From the IMG/VR virus record IMGVR_UViG_3300047564_004575, positions 1 through 64,000 of that record: a stretch of DNA of 64,000 nt. The stretch is one strand, 5' to 3'. This DNA comes from a virus. A model generated the notes under the pieces. The model ran no database searches. It had not been told where the DNA came from and was given only the letters and a program-made list of their open reading frames with translations. Positions 9,782 through 18,661 of the stretch are shown in pieces (positions within the stretch are counted from its first letter, which is position 1; each line of letters begins with the position of its first letter). The position numbers were made by a program, and so were the translations under genes.

Positions 9782-10555
9782 ATGACTTCTAATTTAATTT
9801 CGTTCAAATACAACGGTCAATCTATCCATAAACGCGAGGATGGATACATCAACTTAACCCAGATGTGCCAAGTCAATGGCAAGCGGTTAGACGTATTCAT
9901 GAAAGCGATTAAAACCAAAGAATATATCGCGGCTTTGGCTAACTCACACCAAACGGTGGTAGTTGACCCGGAGCAAGGTATTAATGGGGGAACGTGGGGG
10001 CATCCCAGCTTAGCTATCAATCTAGCCCGTTGGATTAGTGCAGAGTTTGCGGTGTGGTGTGATGCTCACATTTTCAATCTAATGGAGTCAGGGCAAACTA
10101 GCCTAGACATTGACCCCATGGAAGAGATGCGGCTCAAGATTGAGTTGACCCGATTAGAGAATCAAAAAGTACAGGCTGAATTGTCTTTAATCCAGTTTCG
10201 ACATACGGTGGTCACTATCTGCCCTGAAGCTGTACAGCAAAAAATCTTAGGCTACTCCACAATCAAGGAAATCGAATACCGCGATCGCATCATTAAAGAC
10301 GATGACATTGTGAACGATGGCGGTACAGTGACCAAAGCTGAATTATGCAAGCGTTACGACATTGTTACCCGCAAAGGTAGCCCCGACTATAAACGGCTTA
10401 ATTCTGTCATCGAAGATTCTGGGCTATTAGACAAGCCGGAAGCCTGGCAGATGTCAATGTATATCCAAGAGAATCAACAGCTTAAACGGGATTATGTAGG
10501 GGAGCTAGACCGATACTTTGAACGGATGCCCCGCCCTCGCTACATCGTCGAATAA
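9782..10555 (+). CDS. KilA-N domain protein
   Basis: DGYINLTQMC...GK...GGTWGHPSLAINLARWISAEFAVW. Confidence 0.88.
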   Translation: MTSNLISFKYNGQSIHKREDGYINLTQMCQVNGKRLDVFMKAIKTKEYIAALANSHQTVVVDPEQGINGGTWGHPSLAINLARWISAEFAVWCDAHIFNLMESGQTSLDIDPMEEMRLKIELTRLENQKVQAELSLIQFRHTVVTICPEAVQQKILGYSTIKEIEYRDRIIKDDDIVNDGGTVTKAELCKRYDIVTRKGSPDYKRLNSVIEDSGLLDKPEAWQMSMYIQENQQLKRDYVGELDRYFERMPRPRYIVE

Positions 10556-10605
10556 ATCATCAAACATCTGTAATCAAATCAATCACCCGTCCTCAGTGGC
10601 GGGTT

Positions 10606-11106
10606 TCAAATAACACCACCACAATGGGGACAAACATTATCGTTATCGTCCCCATTTTCTTCTATATCTTCCCCGTCAATACTTTCCAAGTCATCATCAC
10701 CATCACCCACGCCTAACAAACTTTCTAATTCTCCATCATCAAAACCTAAATTCAATAAATCAAAGCCACCGACATCTAAAGCCTCTAATTCTTGGGCTAA
10801 AAGTTCCATATCCCAATCAGTCTCAGCTAGTTTATTGTCAGCGATTCTAGCCGCTTTAACCTGTTGAGGTGTTAAATCATCACGGACAATAACAGGCACT
10901 GTTTTTAAGCCCATTTGCAAAGCTGCCAGTCGTCTACCATGCCCTTTAATAATGACCATGTTTTTATCAACCACAATCGGCTGATCAAAGCCCTCGCTAA
11001 TCTGTTTAACCAATAGGTCAATCTGAGATTGTGGATGGCTTTTGGCGTTACTTTTGTAGGGTTTGATTTCGTCAATTGGTAGCGTTTTAATTTGGTGATA
11101 GTCCAT
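10606..11106 (-). CDS. ParB/Srx N-terminal domain protein
   Basis: KPYKSNAKSH...GFDQPIVVD...IIKGHGRRLAA...ADNKLAE; C-terminal CPHCG. Confidence 0.85.
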   Translation of the reverse strand: MDYHQIKTLPIDEIKPYKSNAKSHPQSQIDLLVKQISEGFDQPIVVDKNMVIIKGHGRRLAALQMGLKTVPVIVRDDLTPQQVKAARIADNKLAETDWDMELLAQELEALDVGGFDLLNLGFDDGELESLLGVGDGDDDLESIDGEDIEENGDDNDNVCPHCGGVI

Positions 11107-11145
11107 TCCTAAGATATCGATAATGTTGTTATTGCTATCTTAATC

Positions 11146-11346
11146 ATGACTAATTCATTACAAAAGTGTCCGGTCTGTGGTGTGTTAATTGAGGACGGTT
11201 CTAAGGTTATTTTCAGTTATGGACCATCAGGTACAAGGGCGCGATTATGGGCAAGGGTTTGTCAGTTTGCAAAGGATAAAGAGAATTGCATTAATCAAGA
11301 CGACTCTAAAATAGGTGATGTAATTGACAGTGATTATTACAACTGA
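11146..11346 (+). CDS. small Cys-rich hypothetical protein
   Basis: CPVCGV...[20 protein letters not shown]...CIN; coupled to thyX. Confidence 0.65.
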   Translation: MTNSLQKCPVCGVLIEDGSKVIFSYGPSGTRARLWARVCQFAKDKENCINQDDSKIGDVIDSDYYN

Positions 11347-11957
11347 TGCAAGTTAAATTAATAAATGCCACCCCTAAAGGTGAGCAATTAATCGCCTATT
11401 GTGCCCGTGTTTCTAGCCCTAATCAAGATAATCCTGAATATGAAGGATTACTGCGTTACTGCGTAAAACATGGGCATTGGTCAGTATTTGAAATGGCAGA
11501 TATGACCGTAGAGATTATCACCAGTCGGGCGATCGCCGCTCAGATTCTACGCCATAAATCCTTCTCGTTTCAAGAACTGTCCCAAAGATATTCAGCCGTA
11601 ACAGAATTTGAAACCATTGAAGCCCGTCGCCAAGACACAAAGAACCGACAAAACTCTATCGATGATTTAAGTGAACAGGATAAAGCCTGGTTTTTATCTG
11701 CACAGTCCAGAGTGATTAATGAAGCTAACAACGTCTATCGGGATGCCCTAGACCGTGGCATTGCTAAAGAGTGCGCTCGGATGGTTTTACCACTACTCAC
11801 CCAGACCCGTCTCTATATGAAGGGGTCTGTACGGTCATGGATTCATTATCTAGCTGTACGGGACTCCCCCGATACCCAGCTAGAACATCGTCTAGTCGCC
11901 CAAGCCGCTAAGCAAATATTCTGTGAACAATTCCCCGTTGTAGGCTTACTAATTTAG
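11346..11957 (+). CDS. thyX: FAD-dependent thymidylate synthase
   Basis: [25 protein letters not shown] signature, [13 protein letters not shown]. Confidence 0.96.
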   Translation: MQVKLINATPKGEQLIAYCARVSSPNQDNPEYEGLLRYCVKHGHWSVFEMADMTVEIITSRAIAAQILRHKSFSFQELSQRYSAVTEFETIEARRQDTKNRQNSIDDLSEQDKAWFLSAQSRVINEANNVYRDALDRGIAKECARMVLPLLTQTRLYMKGSVRSWIHYLAVRDSPDTQLEHRLVAQAAKQIFCEQFPVVGLLI

Positions 11958-11960
11958 AAA

Positions 11961-12030
11961 TTGCAGTCTCCTGGAGTTTCTAAAGTATATGCAACACTTT
12001 TTGAAAGCCTTATGCCGTAAGGGTTTGAGG
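11961..12030 (-). repeat. dispersed intergenic element, copy 2
   Basis: TTGCAGTCTCCTGGAGTTTCTAAAGTATATGCAACAC...AAAGCCTTATGCCGTAAGGGTTT. Confidence 0.85.
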
Positions 12031-12047
12031 CTTTTTTGGTTTTGGTG

Positions 12048-12100
12048 TTGACAGGTCACGAAATAGAGTGCTAAGCTGTATATTAGTTAAGCAAACAAGC
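12048..12100 (+). promoter_or_regulatory. conserved phage promoter with CAC-N9-GTG core
   Basis: TTGACA-18-TAAGCT with extended TG; GTCACGAAATAGAGTG; AAGCAAACAAGC. Confidence 0.7.
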
Positions 12101-12114
12101 AAGGTTTTTACCCC

Positions 12115-12570
12115 ATGTACAGCAATCACATTCAGGTTACGACTGGCTCTAAAAATTTACTTCTCGCTGATTTCTGGGTACAGTCTGAACTGCCTATGTC
12201 CACTTCCGAACGTGCCCATGTAGTCAATCAGATGGGATGGGACAGCAACACGGTTCATCACAAAACGTTAGAGGTTCTGCTGATTGACGGCGATCGCCCT
12301 GGGCACATGACTTTAATCGAAGCGACTATTCCCTTGCCTTCTTACAAACTGATTCAGTTGGATAACGGTGAAAAGTGTTGGCAAGATGAACGCTGGTATA
12401 ACTGCGGTTTTGTTGATGCCCCATTGACCGAAGCGGAAGCCTATAACAAAGCCGTTGAGTGGGCTTTATTTGATGGGTTTGATGAATCTAGCGTGATTGG
12501 TCAAATCAAAGTCACGGTGCGCTATGTAGAGAAGTTTGCACTTGCTACCCATGCCGATGACCCTTTCTAG
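12115..12570 (+). CDS. hypothetical protein
   Basis: 151-aa ORF downstream of the conserved promoter. Confidence 0.65.
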   Translation: MYSNHIQVTTGSKNLLLADFWVQSELPMSTSERAHVVNQMGWDSNTVHHKTLEVLLIDGDRPGHMTLIEATIPLPSYKLIQLDNGEKCWQDERWYNCGFVDAPLTEAEAYNKAVEWALFDGFDESSVIGQIKVTVRYVEKFALATHADDPF

Positions 12571-12649
12571 TCAAATGTTTATATCCCCTGCAAATATCAG
12601 GGGATTAATTTTATGATAGTGCTGTCAAGACTATCAATTATTTACTTTT

Positions 12650-12856
12650 ATGAAATTTGTATCTACTTCCGATGCTCTAAACTTATTACCCTTTGACATC
12701 ACTCGCCAATACCTTTACCACTTAATTAAGTCAGGAGAATTAAAGAGTGGGCATCATTACATTGACATTAGATCACCGGATAGTAAACGTCCTACTTATC
12801 GATTAAGCGTAGAAAGATTGTTAGAGTATTTCTCTATTGACCCCGCTAAAAGATGA
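12650..12856 (+). CDS. excisionase-like HTH protein
   Basis: Short HTH ...YLYHLIKSGELKSGHHY...RPTYR; resembles Xis/AlpA-type proteins. Confidence 0.6.
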   Translation: MKFVSTSDALNLLPFDITRQYLYHLIKSGELKSGHHYIDIRSPDSKRPTYRLSVERLLEYFSIDPAKR

Positions 12857-13119
12857 ACAAACTTTACTCTGTTCTAGAGCATAAGACCAACGGTGAACGG
12901 TCTTTAATTTTATGGGACTGTGAGATTATTCGGGATAATACCGCTTTACATTGTGGACTGGTTTGGATTGATAAATCGTCTAACTTTGAACGGGTAACGC
13001 TAGTGCCTCGAATGGAAGAAAGTCCGATTATTGTGATTGAATATCCCAAATCATTGAGAGGATTAGCAACAGGTCAGACTATAGCTGATGTAATTTTTAA
13101 GATAGAATCGATAACTTAA
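12853..13119 (+). CDS. hypothetical protein
   Basis: ATGA overlap with the upstream gene. Confidence 0.5.
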   Translation: MNKLYSVLEHKTNGERSLILWDCEIIRDNTALHCGLVWIDKSSNFERVTLVPRMEESPIIVIEYPKSLRGLATGQTIADVIFKIESIT

Positions 13120-13131
13120 TTTGGTAAATTT

Positions 13132-13851
13132 ATGGGCGCTTGTGAACTCAAACCAATCGAACAATTGGATAGCACTTTAATCAATTGGTTAAAGACTCGG
13201 TTAGCTAATAAAAAGATCCCTTTTGCATTATTTAACTTTGCAGAATCCCCAGATTGGTCTGATTGTGAAACGGTAACAGTTGCTGGTATTGATATCCCAA
13301 AATTGGGAGAATTGACCACCATTGAACGCATTATTCTGGACAACGTAGCCGACAATCAACTGGAAGCTCAGACTCGTTTACAATTGACTTTACGGCAATT
13401 GGCAAAAGCTTTAGGTGAACGGTGGGAATTAGTTTGCGGGGAATTAGTATTTGATTCCGTAGAAGAAAAATCAGCGGTCAAAACTTTAAAAACATTGAAG
13501 CCGATTCAATTATCTGGTTATATTTTCCCTAGCGATACGGTTGAATACCGATTAGTTGCTGCGACTACTGCCTATCAAGAATTTCAGTCTGACTACCTCG
13601 AGGAAATTAGTCGGGCTTTAAATATTGCCATTGAGATGCAAGATGGTAGCTTTGCTAACTTGATGAAGATTGCTTTTTTCCTTGCTAGTCGATTAGGTTC
13701 CAAATGGTTGAATCCCACTAAATTACAACGGCTAACCGAATCCAAAGCTAAATCACTTTTGGAGTTTGTTTCTCTGGAAAGTAATGGTGGGGAAGAAATG
13801 CCAGAAGTAAAAGCGGCTAAAGGCGAGGAATCTGATACTGAGGGAAACTAA
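13132..13851 (+). CDS. tail assembly chaperone (G)
   Basis: Ends in slippery G GGA AAC immediately before the stop; acidic C-terminus. Confidence 0.65.
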   Translation: MGACELKPIEQLDSTLINWLKTRLANKKIPFALFNFAESPDWSDCETVTVAGIDIPKLGELTTIERIILDNVADNQLEAQTRLQLTLRQLAKALGERWELVCGELVFDSVEEKSAVKTLKTLKPIQLSGYIFPSDTVEYRLVAATTAYQEFQSDYLEEISRALNIAIEMQDGSFANLMKIAFFLASRLGSKWLNPTKLQRLTESKAKSLLEFVSLESNGGEEMPEVKAAKGEESDTEGN

Positions 13852-14237
13852 ACCCTTACCGCCAATACTGTGATGAGTTTTGGGAGATTAATCAACTATT
13901 CTCCCATGACCATCGATTTAGTTATCAAAATTACGGACATCAACCTAGATGGTTAATCAGACAGGCTCTGAACTCAGTATGCGATCGCCGTAATCTAGAC
14001 CAACAAAGTACCGTCAGATTAACCTATACCGTTATGGGAATGTTCGGGAAACCATCGATAGAAATACATGAGTTATTCCCTCACCCGTTGCATTGGCAGA
14101 TTAAACATAATCCAAACCGTATGCCAATCAGTAAACGGACTGCTCAAATCGTTCTGGCAACGATGGGCGATTACCCTGAGTGTCGAGCGATGCTCACCCA
14201 AATTATGACTGACATTCACGCTGCAATTATTAGTTAG
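13842..14237 (+). CDS. -1 frameshift extension (T part of G-T chaperone)
   Basis: -1 frame is open from GGGAAAC (13842-13848) through the track ORF 14034-14237: KLNPYRQYCDEFWEINQLF... Confidence 0.65.
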   Translation, partial: GKLNPYRQYCDEFWEINQLFSHDHRFSYQNYGHQPRWLIRQALNSVCDRRNLDQQSTVRLTYTVMGMFGKPSIEIHELFPHPLHWQIKHNPNRMPISKRTAQIVLATMGDYPECRAMLTQIMTDIHAAIIS

Positions 14238-14461
14238 GAGTTAATTATGCAAACTGACATTACGGTTAAACTTAAAAAAGTAGGTGGCGTAGTCCGTCAT
14301 TCAACGGTCACAATCAACGGTGAAGAAGTTGCCTGTCGTTATGTGTCAACAAATGACAACGATGGAATTTGTTCTATTGATTTAACACTGTATCCATCAT
14401 CGTTAAGTGTTGAAACTATTGAGTAAATACCAAACCAAATCAAATTACAGGGCATAAGCTA

Positions 14462-14668
14462 ATGGCACACGTTTACTTTAAAGAACCATATTCGACTGTA
14501 ACTGTGGGGAAACTAATAGAACACCTAAAGCAGTTCGACCCATCTAAACAAGTCACAATTGAGGCGTTTGAATCAGGAGAATATGAGGTAAAAGCCATCT
14601 ATGACTATTCCCATGCCCCTGATACAAACGGAGATAACAAAAGAATAGTTATATCGTGTGATTTTTAA
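14462..14668 (+). CDS. hypothetical protein
   Basis: TVGKLIEHLKQFDP motif common in small phage proteins. Confidence 0.55.
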   Translation: MAHVYFKEPYSTVTVGKLIEHLKQFDPSKQVTIEAFESGEYEVKAIYDYSHAPDTNGDNKRIVISCDF

Positions 14669-15006
14669 TTACTTATCAGCGACTTAACCATGTTAATCGC
14701 CTCATCACCCGAATAACAAACCGCTACTTTATACCCAGCTTTCTCTAGCCTGGGTATTATTTTTTTCTGTTTATCCGACAGAACTCCCCTTGCTGCCTTC
14801 ATTTCGACGTACAGCCTAAGCTCAGGGATAAACAAGTCAGGAACGCCGGCTAAAGCCCCTTCTGCCCTTAATTTATTCCACTGCTTAACCCGTTGTAGTT
14901 GACTCCCTGCTAGGTTAGCTCCGTTGGGTATGGAGTGAATTAACAGGTCAGGATGGTTAACCCTGACCCATGTAACAAATTTTACTTGCTCCTGATGTTC
15001 TGTCAT
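14665..15006 (-). CDS. VRR-NUC family nuclease
   Basis: EHQEQ...IPNG...EGALAGVPDL...YVEMKA..G.LSDKQ. Confidence 0.85.
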   Translation of the reverse strand: MTEHQEQVKFVTWVRVNHPDLLIHSIPNGANLAGSQLQRVKQWNKLRAEGALAGVPDLFIPELRLYVEMKAARGVLSDKQKKIIPRLEKAGYKVAVCYSGDEAINMVKSLISN

Positions 15007-15010
15007 TGCA

Positions 15011-15264
15011 TTAAGCCAATTTTAAGCCAATGCTATTTTAAGAATCACCAAAAGCCTTGCCGCTAGCGGGTTTTATCAATTAACCCATATTCCCAGACAA
15101 AACCTGCCTCATTGTAATCCATAAAATACTCAATCCTTTATACAGTAAGGGCTATGGAAGTTCTATACAAAATATAGGACTTCTCCCATAGCCCTCAAAC
15201 GCCTATTTTTGGTAATGGTTTGATATGGTTAGAATTGATTTTTAAGCCAATTTTAAGCCAATGC
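15011..15264. other. candidate attP region with integrase arm-type repeats
   Basis: TTAAGCCAATTTTAAGCCAATGC at 15011-15033 and 15242-15264, directly upstream of the integrase. Confidence 0.6.
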
Positions 15265-16364
15265 CTAGTGACGTTGATGGTAAGCTAAATCATGCTAACA
15301 GCCTATTAAAAGCGGGTAAGGTAGGCGTTCGGATAGTGGCAAGGGGCGATCGCCTAGCATTGGTAGCAACGTTACCACCTAAGCCAGAATCGACTAAACC
15401 GTATCCCCATCAACAGCGTATCGCGTTAGGCTACCGACTTAATTACGCTGGTATTGATAAAGCCGTGAGGGATGCGAGAGTTTTATCGGCAAAATTAATC
15501 GAGGGTAATTTTAATTGGTCAGATTATATTGAAGGCAAAAAGACCATTGAGACGTTTGATGATGCCATTGATAAATTCAAAGATGACTATATAACTAAGC
15601 GGTTATCATTGGGGCATGATGCGTTGAAAATCAATCAAACTTTAAGCGGTAACTTTCTAAAGTACCTGGACAGACTTGATAAAGATAAGCCATTCAATGT
15701 TGACAAATTAGCTTCTGAGCTGACTAAAATGCCCCATAATGCCACACGTAGAGCGATGGCGTTAGCATACTCAAACTTGGCTGATTGCGTTGGTGTAGAA
15801 CATGATTTAAGGTCATTGAAGGGAGGTTATAGTTACAAGTCAGTTAACCCAAAAGACATCCCAGATGATGACACTATCGCCAAGGTTTACCAAGCAATAA
15901 ACAGTAGAAAACTCAAGACTGTTTATGGCTTGATGGCAGTCTATGGGTTAAGAAACTATGAAGTATTCAGATTAGATTTGTCCGACTTTCCCGTTATATT
16001 TGTCAACAAAGGCAAGACTAAAGAAGAGAGATTGGTCTATCCTTTGTACCCTGAATGGGTTGATTGGTTGACCGATATGGTAATGCCTAATGTTAATTTA
16101 GAGCGTCCCAACGTCAGCTTAGGTAATGACGTAGCCCATTTATTTTATCGAGGCAATATTGCATTTAGTCCTTATTGTTTACGCCATGCTTGGGCTAGAC
16201 GGTCTATGGAGTTTGGATGGGATTTAACGTTGGCAGCAAAGCAAATGGGACATACCGTAAAAGTTCATAGCGACGTTTACCATGCTTGGCTTAGTCAAGA
16301 TGTTTACGACAAAGCCTACCAACAAATCCTAGATAATCCTAATCGACCTAAGCCACCTTTATGA
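15261..16364 (+). CDS. int: tyrosine integrase (cyanobacterial type)
   Basis: YGLR..E, KGKT, LRHAWA, QMGH...H..VY catalytic residues; N-terminal arm-binding region. Confidence 0.92.
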   Translation: MPSDVDGKLNHANSLLKAGKVGVRIVARGDRLALVATLPPKPESTKPYPHQQRIALGYRLNYAGIDKAVRDARVLSAKLIEGNFNWSDYIEGKKTIETFDDAIDKFKDDYITKRLSLGHDALKINQTLSGNFLKYLDRLDKDKPFNVDKLASELTKMPHNATRRAMALAYSNLADCVGVEHDLRSLKGGYSYKSVNPKDIPDDDTIAKVYQAINSRKLKTVYGLMAVYGLRNYEVFRLDLSDFPVIFVNKGKTKEERLVYPLYPEWVDWLTDMVMPNVNLERPNVSLGNDVAHLFYRGNIAFSPYCLRHAWARRSMEFGWDLTLAAKQMGHTVKVHSDVYHAWLSQDVYDKAYQQILDNPNRPKPPL

Positions 16365-16370
16365 TAGGAA

Positions 16371-16514
16371 TATCAGCGTTAGTTTAATTGGTCAAAATGT
16401 AGCTATGGTATGCTACTAATCAGTTAAATAGTTTTTGTAAGCTAGCTACAAATAGATTTAATTGGTTAATCTCAACCCGGGATGGAGTATAGGTTCGAAT
16501 CCTATACGCTGATA
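16371..16514 (+). ncRNA. tRNA-like RNA with ~70-nt structured insertion
   Basis: TATCAGCGT/ACGCTGATA stem, D-loop AATTGG, GTAGC-TATGGTAT-GCTAC arm, ATAGG-TTCGAAT-CCTAT T-arm. Confidence 0.7.
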
Positions 16515-16590
16515 AAGGGATGCAAACGCCTTGCCTAAAAAGCTAAACGGATAGACTACGGTTGAAATAACCGGGCTGGATTGGTAACCA

Positions 16591-16630
16591 GTAATAAACC
16601 CCACAGATATTACCCTGTGGGGTTTATTAC
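16591..16630. terminator. long hairpin, likely bidirectional terminator
   Basis: GTAATAAACCCCACAG-N8-CTGTGGGGTTTATTAC, 16-bp perfect stem between convergent units. Confidence 0.75.
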
Positions 16631-16654
16631 TTTTCGGTGCAATAGATTGGTCAA

Positions 16655-17470
16655 TTATTCACCTAATAAGCGTTGCCGGTCTTTCCCGTAGACAATGTTA
16701 ATTGCTTCATCTAATTTATCGGGGGCGATATATTCTGAGACAGTAGCGCGACGTACTGGAATCAATAAATCATCTCGCCCTTCCTTGCGTAATGTATCAG
16801 AGAATTGCTTGAGAGATTTTAACTTTTGCCCCGTACGCTCAAATACTGCCCGTTTTAATTGGTCAGCACTCAGAAACTTAGTAGACTTGCCAGTGTCAAC
16901 CTCAATAACTTCAGTGACTACGGTTTCTTTTTCAACGATGATATCCTGACAACCTCGCAGGGCTAAGACAACGCGATCGCCGTGTAATTGAAGCATCGTA
17001 TTGTCTAATTGCTTGCCTAAGTTCTTTTCCCGTTCTAGCTCTAAGCGTAGACGTAACAGTTCATTTTCTTGGCTTAGGGCAGGAATGACCGTCTCAGCTT
17101 CACGTGTCTTAACAGCAAAGTAATGTTTAGCCATCTTGACCGCATCATTGCCACGACTATCGCAGCAAAGTGCAATGTGATAACAGGCTAGTCGGGATAA
17201 ATCGTAATCCAACATATCAACCCCGCCACCTTGAGGGCGTTTAACCATCTTACCCGACGGGGTAATGTGGCTAGATACGCAATCCACAATGGTTTCAAGG
17301 TTTTCTTGGGCAATCTCGATTACACATTTAAACTTCTGCCATTTGGCATAATTCAGGACGAATTGCAAGTCACGGGCAGACCAAAACTCGTTACCCTGTG
17401 CATCCAACTGGCGGATGACATCGAAGGGACTGGCTTGGTATTGCGTTTCTACCGTTGCTAAATTAGTCAT
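16655..17470 (-). CDS. DinD/BRO-N family antirepressor-like protein
   Basis: EFWSARDLQFVLNYAKWQKF...DYDLSRLACY...AKHYFAVKTREAE. Confidence 0.8.
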   Translation of the reverse strand: MTNLATVETQYQASPFDVIRQLDAQGNEFWSARDLQFVLNYAKWQKFKCVIEIAQENLETIVDCVSSHITPSGKMVKRPQGGGVDMLDYDLSRLACYHIALCCDSRGNDAVKMAKHYFAVKTREAETVIPALSQENELLRLRLELEREKNLGKQLDNTMLQLHGDRVVLALRGCQDIIVEKETVVTEVIEVDTGKSTKFLSADQLKRAVFERTGQKLKSLKQFSDTLRKEGRDDLLIPVRRATVSEYIAPDKLDEAINIVYGKDRQRLLGE

Positions 17471-17657
17471 AAGACTTTGCCTCCTGTTAAGGCGATAGTC
17501 AAAATCCTCCAGTTCACCGCTGGGGGTATTTTATTTACACCACTATCTTAATAAACGTTTGAGTTGTTGACATACATCCTTGGCTGTGTGCTTTTCACCC
17601 TCGTCATTCCCCATCTCAACACAGTATTTTTACCTTTAACCCTGCCCACCCCAGACA

Positions 17658-17729
17658 AACCTCAAACCCTTACCCCATAAGGCTGACAAGAAGTGTTGCA
17701 TATATCTAAAGAACTCCAGGGGACTGCAA
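17658..17729 (+). repeat. dispersed intergenic element, copy 3
   Basis: AACCTCAAACCCTTACCCCATAAGGCT...GTGTTGCATATATCTAAAGAACTCCAGGGGACTGCAA. Confidence 0.85.
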
Positions 17730-17814
17730 AAACGGGATTTTATGGGATTGTTGCATTTTGTCCGTATGCCTGATAATATAGTGAGATAACCAATCAGCCC
17801 AGAGGAGGGCTATT

Positions 17815-18603
17815 ATGGGACTCATTCCAAAAGAAGCTATTGAAGCTGTAAATGACAACAATGGTTCTAGTTTATTTATTGACCTTAAGCCAGGTGATCA
17901 AAAGTTTCGAGTTTTAAGTCTACGGTTTTATTTCGAGACTCGTACTCCAAGCCATTCTCCTATTCGATCCAAAACCAAGTTAACCAAGATTCCTTTTAAT
18001 GGGCGTTTTGAATGTCACACCAAAAGCGGTAAAGTTTGGCAAGAAAAAATTAAGCAGGTATGGGCGATGCTTGTTTGGTCTTATGCCGATCAAGACATTA
18101 AGGTTTTAAGTCTCGACAAATCAACTGTACAAAAGCAATTAGCTGCGCTAGATGCTGATGAAGATTGGGGTGACCTGTCCACCTTTGATGTGAAAATCGT
18201 CCGTAAAGGCGAAGGGACTGAAACTGAATACACGGTAATGCCATCGAATCAGAAGCCTCTACCAAAAGACATTCAATCTCAAATTGATTCAGCCGCTGTC
18301 AATCTAGATGCAATGCTGTATTGTGTTTATCCCAACGATCCTGACTGGAAGGATAAAGCACTGACAAAACTAATGGATAACCTGCATTTGGCATCCCAAG
18401 AGGCATCTAACCGTGGGATTCAATTTGAAGTTCCGACATCTACTGAAATCGAGATTTTGCAATCTGCATGGGAAAAAGCATTAACTTTAATGCCCTTGCA
18501 CAAGCCATCGTTACCAAAAGTCACTGAGACGGTTTTACCTGAAATGCCAGAAAACTTAACCGATGAACAAGCTGAACTAGAGCTAGCTGCGATTCCCTTC
18601 TAA
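17815..18603 (+). CDS. putative single-stranded DNA-binding protein
   Basis: DEDWGD...FDVKIVRKGEGTETEYTVMP; acidic tail ending IPF; precedes the helicase. Confidence 0.65.
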   Translation: MGLIPKEAIEAVNDNNGSSLFIDLKPGDQKFRVLSLRFYFETRTPSHSPIRSKTKLTKIPFNGRFECHTKSGKVWQEKIKQVWAMLVWSYADQDIKVLSLDKSTVQKQLAALDADEDWGDLSTFDVKIVRKGEGTETEYTVMPSNQKPLPKDIQSQIDSAAVNLDAMLYCVYPNDPDWKDKALTKLMDNLHLASQEASNRGIQFEVPTSTEIEILQSAWEKALTLMPLHKPSLPKVTETVLPEMPENLTDEQAELELAAIPF

Positions 18604-18661
18604 CGTCAAACATCCGTAAATTTTATAAACGCTTGCAATCATCCCCGAAAGGCTAGTAGCG

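Noticed and set aside
10606-11106. Plasmid partition system (parABS)
   Set aside because: Only the ParB/Srx N-terminal domain, with no HTH and no parA in the window
16371-16514. Functional tRNA-Pro(TGG) or intron-containing tRNA
   Set aside because: 8-nt loop without the usual U33/purine-37 context; the insertion is in the variable region and too short for a group I intron; kept as tRNA-like RNA
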